Positions 39,904 to 51,753 of a stretch of DNA of 62,684 nucleotides are shown piece after piece. The DNA is from Catajapyx aquilonaris (Eukaryota). Every line of letters starts with the position of its first letter. Within the stretch, counting starts at the first letter, position 1. Below the pieces are notes generated by a model. The model ran no database searches, was not told the DNA's origin, and was given only the letters and a program-made list of their open reading frames with translations. The position numbers were made by a program, and so were the translations under genes. The stretch is taken from the NCBI GenBank assembly GCA_000934665.2, contig KZ538550.1:1-62684 (forward strand). The letters run 5' to 3'.

Positions 39904-40318
39904 CGTCGTCTTTTCTTCTGTCTTTTTTTCACTCCGTCCCTCCTTCTTTTTATACAGGAATTTATTTAGTACCGTGCAGGAAGTATTGTCAGTCACGCGT
40001 CATTTTATGGCGAAAATGCAAAGATACCGAGTCGCAGAATAGCGCAATAGCTGTAGCGGCTGCTGAGTATCAGCTACACAGGGCTGACCCCACTCTCTTC
40101 TGAGCTTCCCGGCCCTCCCGCACGAAGGCGCGCAGGCGAGGTGTCTTTGTGCTGCTTTGTGCCGTTGTGTCACTGTCAGGAGACGTTTGTCTGAGGGTTG
40201 TGCCCGACAGCCAGAGGGCGCTAAGGTGAGAATGGACGGGGGTCAAGAAGTAAAACGCATCTTTCCACTCCTGCGTCTGCCTTGGATTCAGCTCTAAGCT
40301 TCACCTCAGCCTCTGCTT

Positions 40319-40778
40319 TAGTACCGACGTTAAAGGACTAAACTGTGCATTTGGTGAAAAAAGCATGAAATTTGGTACAAATGTCCCTGAGACCATACTC
40401 TTCAAATCCAGATATGGCGCCACGCCCGTTTTCACCCCGGAGGCCCGTAATTGCGGGTTGGCTACCCTTCAGCGAGTGAAAAGTCTTTTTCAAGTCGCTG
40501 TAGCTCCGAAAATACGTGGAAATACGTGGAAAAGATACTTATACTTTTTTGTAGAATATATGTTTCTCTACAACCTTTGTTTGGCACATATCCTCCTGAG
40601 AAGCATAGTTCGCTCAGAAAAAGACTTTTCACTCGCTTCAAGGTAGCCAACCCGCAATTACGGACCTCCGGGGCCAAAACGGGCGTGGCGGCTTATCTGG
40701 ATTTGAAGAGTATGGCTTTCCTGCTTTTTTCGCCAAATGCACGGTTGACCCATTTTTCGTCCCTTAACGTCCCGACTA
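40319..40778. mobile_element. Academ-type non-autonomous element (460 bp)
   Basis: CTT|TAGT...ACTA|CTT (3-bp TSD). Long imperfect arms of about 165-175 bp, e.g. CCATACTCTTCAAATCCAGATA and CGTAATTGCGGGTTGGCTACC with their reverse complements. Confidence 0.85.
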
Positions 40779-41698
40779 CTTGATTTATTTCCACAAACTT
40801 GACCTCGTCTTGTAGCCATTTCTGACTTTACATGAATATCATAAAATTTACATATTGTTGGGCTGTAGCGCTTACCCAATAATGCTAAACCCCCACTTTA
40901 CAATTGATTAACATTCTTCAGCCACTGCTGGAGCTATCTTGTCTAGTAATATTACTCTAAAAAATCGGGTTTAGCTTGGAAAATTCGACAAGTGCATATT
41001 AAAATCTCGACGACCTGCCGCGCCATCTGTTTTCACCCTCCTACACCTAGTAGCTCCTGTCGCCCTCTGTCGGGGAATTTGCAGAGCCCTTTTACCTCAC
41101 GCTACACTAATCATCTACTTAGGAAACCAACACGACGTTGTATCAAAGAAAGCTTTTGTATTGAAAAATCGGTCGACTACTACTTAAAACATTTGCCAAG
41201 TGCAAAGCTGCCAAAAGCTCGTCTCTATACGGAAATATCTGTCCCGTGCGGAACAAACCTTCCCTATACCGTGATAAAAGAAACTAAACTAATATACGGT
41301 GCATCCGCGGGCGAAAAAGAATACGTCTATTAGGGAAAATGGCGTCTAGCAGAAGCAGCACTGGTGGCGAGATATCACGCAATATTCCAGCCTAACAATA
41401 GGACTTCCCCCCTCATTAGATTATCCCCTATCTTTATAATGGTAATGAGCACGTTCCTGTCATTAGTCAAATCAATTCCCTGGCGGTAGTCCTCATCCAG
41501 AATTCGGTGAAATAAGACGCAGAGCTTTTGTACACGGTATCCCCTCATTGTGATGATAGGCAAATGAATTGTAGGTACGTTTATGGATTCGGTTGGCGTC
41601 CAACCGCCCGCCTCAGGAGTTCAACAGTTTCGTCACTTGCACGTGCACATCATTGTAAGTGTCACATTTGCATCGCCTTATTGCGAAGCGCTAGTCAG

Positions 41699-41717
41699 TC
41701 TCTCTCTCCCTCTCCCT

Positions 41718-41754
<37 letters not shown>
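41699..41754 (+). repeat. (CT)n / (CTCTCC)n compound microsatellite
   Basis: Direct read of a 56-bp pure pyrimidine tract. Confidence 0.95.
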
Positions 41755-44700
41755 CAAACATCGACATGGCCTGTCATGACAATGCCCTCCCAAAATGGTC
41801 TTCCTCCAGGCTCGCCATATGAGCCAGTAATGTGACTCTTAGCACTCCAGCCGCCCTTTCGGAGTTTAGCATACTGATTTAGGAGCACTTGGGAAAGCCT
41901 GCAACACTGTGCTAGTTTTAGGCATGAAGGATCTGTTTCCTCAAAATTGGGGATCTTTAGCTTTTTGAATTCACTTCAAATTCGAAAGTTCACCCAGCAT
42001 CTGGCGGCTATCTTGGATTCAAAATGGGGGAGAGGCACAATTCCAGAAAAGCTCACAAGTATGGATGTTCCCGCATTTCATGCCAATGGGAAAAAATCTA
42101 AGATGGGCCATCAGTTCTAAATTGAATGAGCATAAGCTGCTCTCTGAAAGGGTGTGCGAATCGTTCACACCTCGTTCCCTCTTAATGATATGAGACATCA
42201 AACATCATGACACAGCTGGTGCCATCCCCGACTAACCCTCAAACCGCGTGCACTTGCTAAGTCAAACTGATCTAGCTCATCGGGGATTCGCATAACGGCC
42301 TGGCTTTCAGACCACCCCCAGCCCCGACAGACGGGAATCAAAGCCGACGACGCTCCGTCCACGTGACGAGAATGTCGCGAGCAAATCTCCCAGCACGTTG
42401 TCCGGCCCTCCTAAAAACAATGGCGCCACCATGACCCCCAAGAAGCCAAATTCCATTACAGGCCAAATAACGCCCTAGATATATGCAATTTATCGCTCTC
42501 TCTCTCTTTGGAACTGCACTTGGTAGGTGACAGTAAATCCTGGTGTCATTTCAGGGTGGCGCCAAAGAGGCGCCACAAGCGACCAGCTCTCTTAACACCT
42601 ACAGACAGCCTTTGCAGGCACTTCTCCAAAGCTGGCACTATTATGCCTGATGGAGGCAAACCTTTCTAAAGGCTGCTGGCAAGACGTGCCCCGACATACC
42701 CTTCATGTTTTAATTAACTCCTTCAGCTCTATTCAAAATCCCCACCTCGCCGATGTAGGCAGGTTGGTAAACCCTTGCTTCTTCTCGAAAGGCTCCCAGT
42801 AAGCTGACTCAAAGCCCAGTCCATGGTGTGTCACACATGCTCCTAACGAGCGTCACCTGGTAAAAAAAATAATAATAATCCTGCTATTGCCCCCAATTAG
42901 TCTAGCTCCGAACCTCGATAAATTTCTCAACATAAAGGGAAGATGCACAAGCCGGACGGAGCCGGAGAAAAGCTGAGGGTTCTGGTTTGATATAACAATA
43001 CACGGATCGTACTTGGTCTGTGCCTGGGCGGAATCAAAGGCGCCTACATAAAGCGGGCCTCGCGGTCAAGCTACCTGAAAGGACTCGGCTGAAAGAGGCA
43101 TGCTATTCAATTAATTCAGAACTGTGGGACCCAGCTCAAATGTTCTCTCGTCCTCTCTCATATGCAAGGTGACTGTGTCCCGAGTACAGTGCACATGTAT
43201 ACAAAATGGAACCGTCAACCATGATTCAGTCCTGAAAACTTAATCATCTTCTAATGTGTAGCCTCAGCCACCCATTACCACAATTTCATTATAATTTTGA
43301 TAGCTTTATTAATACATAAAATAATAGCTGTCGCATCAAGTTTCTCCAGCACTATGTACACGCCTGCGCAATACATATGTATTAATAAAACCTTTCGCAG
43401 TTTATTAACGCGATTCATCTGGTCTTGCCAAAAATTCATTTATGCCCTTCCCGCACCGCAACCATTTCTAGCAGCCTACATACTGCACAATAATGAGGTA
43501 AGTAAAGAAGTAATGGAATCCCCCTCGCACACAAACGGGTAGTATAACTCTGGCAATCCGGTCTACACTTGGGCAATTATTCTAAAGTAATCAGAGTATA
43601 CATGCCTCCATTTTTCACTCCTCGGGTCCTCGCTTCAGTCGACTAACTAAATATTAGTATGGGAAGCTGCATAATAGGTCATCAAGCAACCAAGGTACAG
43701 TACCTAGGTGCCAGGGTGTGTCGGGAGCCAGCCAACAAATGGTTATTATAGGCTGAAAGTCGTCTTCCCCTAGAGCTGTGCCGCCTACTGCATGACGTGA
43801 CAAGTCGGCTATACGACGATATACCTTCCCTCTCTCGACTAATCGATCTTTCGTCTCGTTCTGCCATGCTTCAGACATAAGCAAACAACCGCTTTCATTC
43901 CCACTTGCTCTCCGTTCTTATTCCTTCATTCCCACTACGTCCTGATCATTCCTGCTCCCCTGTCCTATTCGTCTTAGAGCACTCCAATCTTCTCATCTGA
44001 TCGGGACTAGAACCGCAAGCAAATAAGATAATAAATATAAGACACCTCGATGCCTGCAGACAACAATGAATAGCGATATTTCGCAATGCAGTTTCTCTAC
44101 CACAAATCCTGCAGGGTGCCTGGAGCCCCAGCAGATATGTGATCATACGACCAGTTGGCGGGCTTTGACTCAATTTCTGCTCTTTGCTCTTGCGATCGAG
44201 GGAAAAATTGCAATGATGTAGTGCACCAAGCTCCTGCTGGCTGTACAGTACCGGTACCGGCACTGTATCGCGCAAATATTGACCCACGTAGACTAGACAT
44301 GATGTTTATAATTGACTTTTCTATTAGTTACGCGAAGCGCCTACGGGCTGATGTGGTGTAATAAATTTCAAGTTACTTTTCATCCTCCGCGAAGCAATAT
44401 CGCAAAGATGCCCGCTGAATATGATGAGCCGGGTTGTTTTTGTCATAAACTATTACGAATATTAATTTCACCTGTTCCGCTGGCAAACCTATCCTGACTC
44501 TTTAATATACGCCCCTAATTGTGTATCCTTTGAAATGCACAGTGACATCCAATATACTGTACCAACAATTTCTTGGAATATATCAGTTGTCTGTATAGGA
44601 GCAGCGGACATGATTACAAAAGCCAGTCGGAAACCACTACGGACTGTGGCAAGCTGAAGTTAATAAAACTAATAAACACTAGCATGACGCAGAACAAGAT

Positions 44701-45628
44701 GCAAAAATACGGCTTAATTCGCCACACTAATGATGACGATTATTGGAAAATATATTAGTAGCCAGATGACACGCAAGTCCAATAAAAGATACATAACGTT
44801 CAATTTCCATGTTATTGCATATCCCCCAAACGCCAAAAAGTGAGGTTGAAAAAAGATGCAGCTAAATGGAGTGAATCGGAGTGAATAATATACATATTTG
44901 CAATCTGTTCGTCACTCGCCTGCGCCCACAACCATGCACCTGCCACCATTGCCCCAAATCTACGGTAAATATTAATGTGATCGTGATTTTCGGTTTCAGA
45001 ATATTTATGTACTACAGATCCTCCACAACAGAACAATATGACAAGTTTCTTCCTATTTTGCCCACACAACCGCAATATCGAATAGAAAAAGGAAGTCCCT
45101 AACATACTATCAACATACCCATACTCTGGCATAATTAAGCCTAGCCTGTGTCGTCCTTTTCCAGAACTCGAGCAGCATACACCAGCCACACGAGTCCATT
45201 CCAAGGTTCAGAGCAAACATGAGTCTCAACAGCAGGAGGATGGGAAGAAGGGCTCCAACCACGTCTGTCGACGAACAACCTCCAACTGACCCGATTACCC
45301 ATTCTCTTTTTGCTCATTTCCTCCTGCATGCGTCACTCAACTCCGTGTAAACACCATGATGGATATCTAGTCGCGCGGGTGCATAGCTGATTCACACAAG
45401 ACCAACGTTCCGGTACTGTGGGGGTGAGCAGGGTGAGCTTGGGCAAACCCTCAGTAGAACTTCTTATGTCAATAGGGGTAAGCTTCTCGCTTTCTGACTT
45501 GACGGATTCCGTATTTCTAAAATGGCGCCATAGTATTCAAACTGCCCGTATAGAGAACACATTTTGTCAAAGGTCGTCCTTTGGCTACGGGGCAGGGCAT
45601 CCGGATCTTATGAAGTCAACATGCAGAG

Positions 45629-45673
45629 ATGCTGGTCCATTTAAAGGGTTCCCCAAAGTATTCCCAGATACCT
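45629..45673 (-). pseudogene. Possible decayed LINE reverse-transcriptase shard
   Basis: Minus strand RYLGILWGTL followed by frameshifted AAATGGACCAGCAT resembles the non-LTR RT motif KYLGVxLDxxLxWxxH. Confidence 0.3.
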
Positions 45674-46776
45674 ACAGGTGAATATTACACTTAGGCTCTC
45701 AAGTTGGCACCTCTGCATAAGAGATGGGATGCGCAGGGAGTCCGCTTCGCCCTTCAGCCAGGCTTCATAAGATTTCCATTGATACAGATCTTGGATAACT
45801 TTAGGGTCGCCTATAGTACGTGTACTATTCATGACTATAGACCTAATTCGACGAAAAATCCTACTGCGAAATATTCGTACAAAATTCCAAATAACCGCTT
45901 AATTTCCCAGTGAAAAGCATTGGATATGGGAGATGCGTTTCTGCAACAACACTGATTGCGCCTAGTGTCTCCAGAAATTCGCTCTACCTCCACCGGAGTC
46001 GCGTCGTGTGCTTGGTCGCAAGACAAATGCTAACTACCCGTTTTTAATCCTCGTAATCACCCCACTGATTTCCCTCCGGAATTGTCGCCAATTTTGCTAC
46101 ACCCTTGCTAATCTTTTTAAAGTGTTTAATTCGTCACCGCACGAACGGTATCGCAATTTTCTTAAAAGCCATGTCCCGCTATTAGCGGCTTGAATGACAC
46201 GCGAGTATAGTCACAGTTCGATTCCTGGACCTGTTTCTTTTCTTTTCTTCCCACAAAGTCTCTTAAGACTATCTTTTGCGTTAAGGAGTAACTCAAAACC
46301 GTAAGTAGGTACCGAAATATGCAACCTGAGCCGCAATGTTTTCTATACTGTATATACAGCCAGACAAGAGTGTCTCCTGCTCAATATGCGCACGACCATA
46401 AACACATATACACACCAGATATGTCATTACTTCAACTTCTGCATTTAACCATGACATTCCGGAAAACCACACTGACGTCAACGCTAGTACAGACCGTGTT
46501 CGAGGCACCGCATTCATTCCGAAGAAACGGCATCGAGTTGGTCCAGCCTCCACTTACCTAGAAAGAGAAAAAGAGATAAGTGGCATGAAGACTACAATCA
46601 TGTCAGCAATATTATTTATCGTGTAATGATTCACAGAGAATAATATAGGCCTATTGTAGTCACTGCTACATAACGAATAGCACGTAGCAAAATATCTTAG
46701 GCATTCAAATGAGCATGGAGCCCAATAGAGGTCAGCTGGTACAAGGCAGTCGATAAAATGGACAGAGTGAGGGGGG

Positions 46777-46778
<2 letters not shown>

Positions 46779-46822
<44 letters not shown>
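46779..46822 (+). repeat. (GA)22+ microsatellite running into a gap
   Basis: Direct read; the true length is unknown. Confidence 0.95.
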
Positions 46823-47014
46823 NNNNNNNNNNNNNNNNNNNNNNNNNNNNNNNNNNNNNNNNNNNNNNNNNNNNNNNNNNNNNNNNNNNNNNNNNNNNNN
46901 NNNNNNNNNNNNNNNNNNNNNNNNNNNNNNNNNNNNNNNNNNNNNNNNNNNNNNNNNNNNNNNNNNNNNNNNNNNNNNNNNNNNNNNNNNNNNNNNNNNN
47001 NNNNNNNNNNNNNN
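46823..47014. other. Assembly gap
   Basis: 192 N between a GA repeat and a poly-C run. Confidence 0.95.
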
Positions 47015-47285
47015 CCCCCCCCCCCCCCGTCCTTTTATTTATCATCTAACTCAAGCGCAGTCATGTTTCCGTCAGCTGTACACTACAGTAGCAGAGAAAG
47101 GACTAGGTTTTCATTCTTATACAGAACGTTATTTACCAGACAAGACGCTGTACTGCAGTAAAGAGGTCTAGGATTTTCTTTTGAAAATCAGCGTGTACTG
47201 ACGCAGTACACTGTACAGTACCTGACAAGGAATATTCTTTGCGCCTTGGTAAATTACACTACGGAACAAAAAATCAACTTTTTTC

Positions 47286-48362
47286 TGTCCATGGAAATTC
47301 ATCGCTATTTTTATGTTCCTTAGGTCACTCGTAACTCATAATGACCATTCATTTTGTCTGTGGTTTGTTTTTGACCTCGGGGCAGTCAAAAAAACAAAAT
47401 CCTCAAAATGTAGTAAAATGTATTCCGAATCAAGTGGGCCGTTGCTAGCCCATCTCGGATTTTGCTGAGAAAAAATAACAGCTATGCCATAACACTGCAT
47501 ATCAATGTTCAGCCAAATTGCACAATACCGTTGGGAGGGAAAAATTATGAAAATTTGGAAATGGGTCCTTTGGATTTCTTTTCGGTTAGGAAGTGGTCCA
47601 AACCCAATCAACATATACATCGAAAGAGAAACAAGAGGAGAATGCGCCTATGAAATTTGTTTTCCTCGAAAATGTAACCAGAAAAACATGTGTGGTATTC
47701 CATCGGTCACATGATCAGTCACTTGCCCACGTATTTGTACCCCAGAAATTAGTGATGTATTTGCGTAAGAGCAGCCATATCTGGTGACAGGAGTTGTGAC
47801 CCATACAAGATTTAATATGTTCAGTTTCAATCCTGGGTCATGCATGGCTCGCGAGAAAATAATACGTGATATGTTTTGCAGATATACCGTTAATTTTCAA
47901 GGACCCACATTCTTGGACATGTGACGGATGGAATGGCACATACGTTTTTCTGGTTACATTTTCTAGGAAAACAAATTCCATAGGCGCATTCTGGTGTTTC
48001 TCTTTCTTTTGATGTATATCTTGATTGGGTTGTGACCACTTCCAATAACTGAAAATTATCCAAAAAAGGCCCCATTTCCAAAGTTTCGCGATTTATTTTC
48101 CTCCCCACTGTATTGCGCAATATGGATGAAATTTGTTGTGCATTGTTATGGCATGTGTGTGTACAACTGCGATTATTTTCAGAAAAATCCCAGATGGTCT
48201 AGCAACATTTAGGCCCATTTGATTGGAAAAAAAACTCTATATTCGAGGACTTGGTTTTTTGACTGCCTCGAGGTCAAAAACAAATCGAAGACAAAATGAA
48301 TGGTCATAATGAGTTACGGGTGACCTGAGGAACATGGAAATAGCGATGAATTTCCATGGACA
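47286..48362. mobile_element. Large foldback non-autonomous DNA transposon, possibly CMC/Chapaev3-like
   Basis: Diverged inverted arms of about 430-445 bp (47286-47713 / about 47917-48362) begin TGTCCATGGAAATTCATCGCTATTT, with a spacer of about 200 bp. A candidate true left end TTA|CACTACGGAACAAAAAAT lies at 47257; the right terminus is degenerate. Confidence 0.8.
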
Positions 48363-49653
48363 AATATCGTGTTGCATTGTTTAAGTTATCCATCTTTCTG
48401 GGAGAGTGAGACGTCACTCGCATAGTATACAGTACACTATACAGTATTCATCAAGCCACTCTGAGAAGGCCTCACTAGACGCAACAGTTCGAGTCAGTCA
48501 CATTCTAGGCTACCATTGCTTGAAAAATTAAAATGATCTCACTAGCTTGTGCTTTCCTGTCGTAATTTTAAAGCGAAAAAATCGCACAATTACGAATATG
48601 AAATGCGGATTTTCGCAAACCCGAATCTATATATCAATCAATCAAAGAACAATATCTATATAAGTTAAGTTAAAACAAAACCGAGTTTCACTTTTTCATC
48701 TGACATTATTATACGAAAGACTTCCACTAAAAACTGTGCGATCGGAGAATGAGAAAAAAAACAATAATCGACAATAATTATGGAATAGAGTGTTTCAAAA
48801 TATCACCGTGGTTATAAAAGCAAAGTTTGAGGTGAATAATTGCCCTTTTCTATACTTTTGAGACATACGTAGTTAGGAAATAACACGTACTACCCAGGAA
48901 TACAATGCTACCAGAAGCAAATGAGATGATGCAAAATAATACTATACTGTATACCTTATGTATGCTGAATGGACATACCCAAGTCACATTTGTTGTGAAC
49001 TGCCCGGTTACATACTGTATAATGTTCTGAATCAAACTTTAAAAGGCAGATCCCACCCACCACCTTATTCGAATGACACCCACTGCGGACAACCCAATGC
49101 GATAACTGAAGACGATAAGAAACGGAGTTGTCATGCTATCCATTCTTGTGATAATTTCCGAGGTAGGCCTATTTCGTATTTGTGTCAAATTTCCAACCCT
49201 GCATCTTGCTGAGCCCAATATCGCCCCAAGTTTTAGTGTTGAGCTTTCCGTAATGGATGGCATTCAGACAAGGAGATGCTTGGGGGCCCTGTCATTTATA
49301 GCTATACAAAACAATACAGAATATACCAATTTGTTACATATAAAATGAACTCAATCGTTACAGTACCCAAGGGTAATAGTGTCTGAACACTAGTCCTGAC
49401 AAACCATTTTATCTTAATGCCACCCCCGACCTCAATCCCAGAGCAACACCCTACGGCGATGAGTGCCTCGGTGAGATGCTTTTCCTACTCCTCTTAAAAA
49501 CTATTGCCATTCATATGAGGATAGCGCAATTTACATACAGTATACACGCAGTACAAAAAGTATGCTCTGTCAATGATGTAAAGGGAACCTATTCCGTACA
49601 AATTGCTGCACTTCCATCGTATATAACCCTGCCATAACTTGAAACGATTTACA

Positions 49654-50579
49654 TAGTCCGGGCCCTAAGCGCAAAAATCAGGCCTAACCTTGCATTTTGG
49701 GATAAGAAGGTGCCACTTGGCACATATGTTCCTTAGGCCTATAGGAGCAATTCCAGAGTTGCAGGCAACTGATCGGCCCCTTAGGTCACGAGTTATGCGG
49801 TGTTGCCAACATGGCCGGGGATGACCTGAGCGTTTTTAACGTTGCATTTTGTGATAAGAAGGTGCCGCTTGGCACATATGTTCCCTAGGCCTGTAGGAGT
49901 CGTTTGAGACATGGCGGCACTTGATCGGCTCCTTAGGTCAGGAGTTATGCTGTGTTGCCAACCTGGTCCTGGACCTAAGCGTTTTGTACCATTTTTAACT
50001 TTTCATTTTGGGATAAGAAGGTGCCACTTGGCACATATGTTCCTTAGGCCTATAGGAGCAATTTCAGAGTTGCAGGCACTTGATCCGCTCCTTAGGTCAG
50101 GAGTTATGCGGTGTTGCCAACCTGGTCCGGAACCTAAGCATAACCGCATAACTCGTGATCTAAGGGGCAGATCAGGTGCCACCAACTCTCAAATGGAACC
50201 TCTAGGCCTGGGGAACATGCTTGCCAAAATCCCAAAATGCAAAGTTAAAAATGGTTCAAAACGCTTAGGTCCAGGACCAGGTTGGCAACACCGCATAACT
50301 CCTGACCTAAGGAGCGGATCAAGTGCCGCCATGTCTCAAACGACTCCTACAGACCTAGGGAACATATGTACCAAGCGGTACCTTCTTATCACAAAATGCA
50401 ACGTTAAAAACGCTCAGGTCATCCCCGGCCATGTTGGCAACACCGCATAACTCGTGACCTAAGGGGCCGATCAGTTGCCTGCAACTCTGGAATTGCTCCT
50501 ATAGGCCTAAGGAACATATGTGCCAAGTAGCACCTTCTTATTCCAAAATGCAAGGTTAAGACGCTTAGGGCCCGGACTA
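49654..50579. mobile_element. Academ-type foldback element (926 bp) built from 150-160-bp tandem units
   Basis: ACA|TAGTCCGGGCCCTAAGCG ... CGCTTAGGGCCCGGACTA|ACA (18-bp perfect terminal IR, 3-bp TSD). Three units start at 49690, 49842 and 50001 and are mirrored on the other arm from about 50144. Confidence 0.9.
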
Positions 50580-51439
50580 ACACAATTTAGTGGTACTCAA
50601 AAACACATTGTGGTTTGCAAGTTCACAAAACTCGTAATGTGCCTTATTCATTTAAAAAATTACAAACATGGCTAAATAAGATTAACCTCTGTGAACGTTA
50701 CACTTCCAACAGTGGCAATCTATATGCTGAAATGAATGTATACAGCAGCCATAAATTAGGGCATTAACCTTACTGTTTGTCGGGAAATAGATCCGACAAA
50801 AAATGGCCGTGAGGTGCCAGGGAAGTTACACTCATCCGGCACATATGATCACCTAATTCCACCCTAGTGAAGTCGTAGTCATGTATAGCAATGGACAGGG
50901 TACTTCCCTGATTACGACCACAGGCAAATAGTGCCACTAGATTGCTCAGGAAACGCGGGCTCACTTGTGTACACAAAGGTGCATAGATCCTAACATAACC
51001 TATGAAGCAGTGACATACTCAGAAATTGATCTGATCTCACTCTTGACCTATACTGTGTTCACCACGACATACCCTAACCAAATTCATCACAGGCAGGTTA
51101 ACTTCGGTTTAGCGTCATACTATAGCCAATATGTGAAGCCATAGTTTTCCTATACCACGAACTCAATAGTCCGGGCTTAGAAGTGCCGATGTATGGATGC
51201 AGATTTGCATGCGAAAGGGTAGGGTATGGGTCAGGGGGCCATATCTGTGCAATGAGCAAATCGAGACCGCTCAATCTGTCAGCCGATAGCACCCATGGCT
51301 GTCACTTTTTGTGTGCGAATTCCAGCGACCGAATCGCACAGATAGATATTGAAATACCTATTCAAAAAAAAACCTTGGGAGGAATGGTGGGGTCGTATGC
51401 CAGAACGATTGAAAGCTAGAAAGAATGATATCACTTGAA

Positions 51440-51753
51440 TGTTCTGTTCACTCAAGAACCTGGACTCCTGTGTCATCTCTTCCAGCACGAGCGCTGGAGT
51501 TGAAATCTGACTAATAACTCACTATTAAAATGCATAAACAAGTCCAATTATGGACTGGTTGAATGTGCAGCATAATAATGTCGAGCAGTGCTGTCAATAA
51601 TAGCAAAATTGTATCAACTGCGGTCGGGAATGGAAATCAATTTGCAATATTACCCGCCGTCATGCGCCCCATTCCAAGTCCATGTTCCCCACCGTGGCAG
51701 GTTTTTACATCTTTGGTGACAATATTGACAGTTTCGCCTATCATCAAATAAGG
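51440..51753 (-). pseudogene. Possible decayed RTE-clade LINE endonuclease fragment
   Basis: Minus strand PYLMIGETVNIVTKDVKTCHGGEHGLGMGR resembles the RTE APE segment IIMGDxNAKVG...GKHGLGxRN. A frameshifted PG.xVN.H-like stretch lies further downstream. Confidence 0.35.

Larger units (their letters stand above)
39382..40190. mobile_element. Unclassified 809-bp TIR element with 8-bp TSD and internal tRNA-like cassette
   Basis: About 89-bp imperfect TIRs (39382-39470 / 40100-40190) with terminus A[A/C]AAACGTCTC. Exact TSD CTGAGGGT at 39374-39381 and 40191-40198. Confidence 0.9.

Noticed and set aside
49106..49140. Hammerhead-like core CTGAAGA...GAAAC...GTC
   Set aside because: Stems I and II cannot form.
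49911..50450. 179-aa ORF with repeated peptide blocks
   Set aside because: Lies wholly within the tandem-unit palindrome and is a by-product of the repeat structure.
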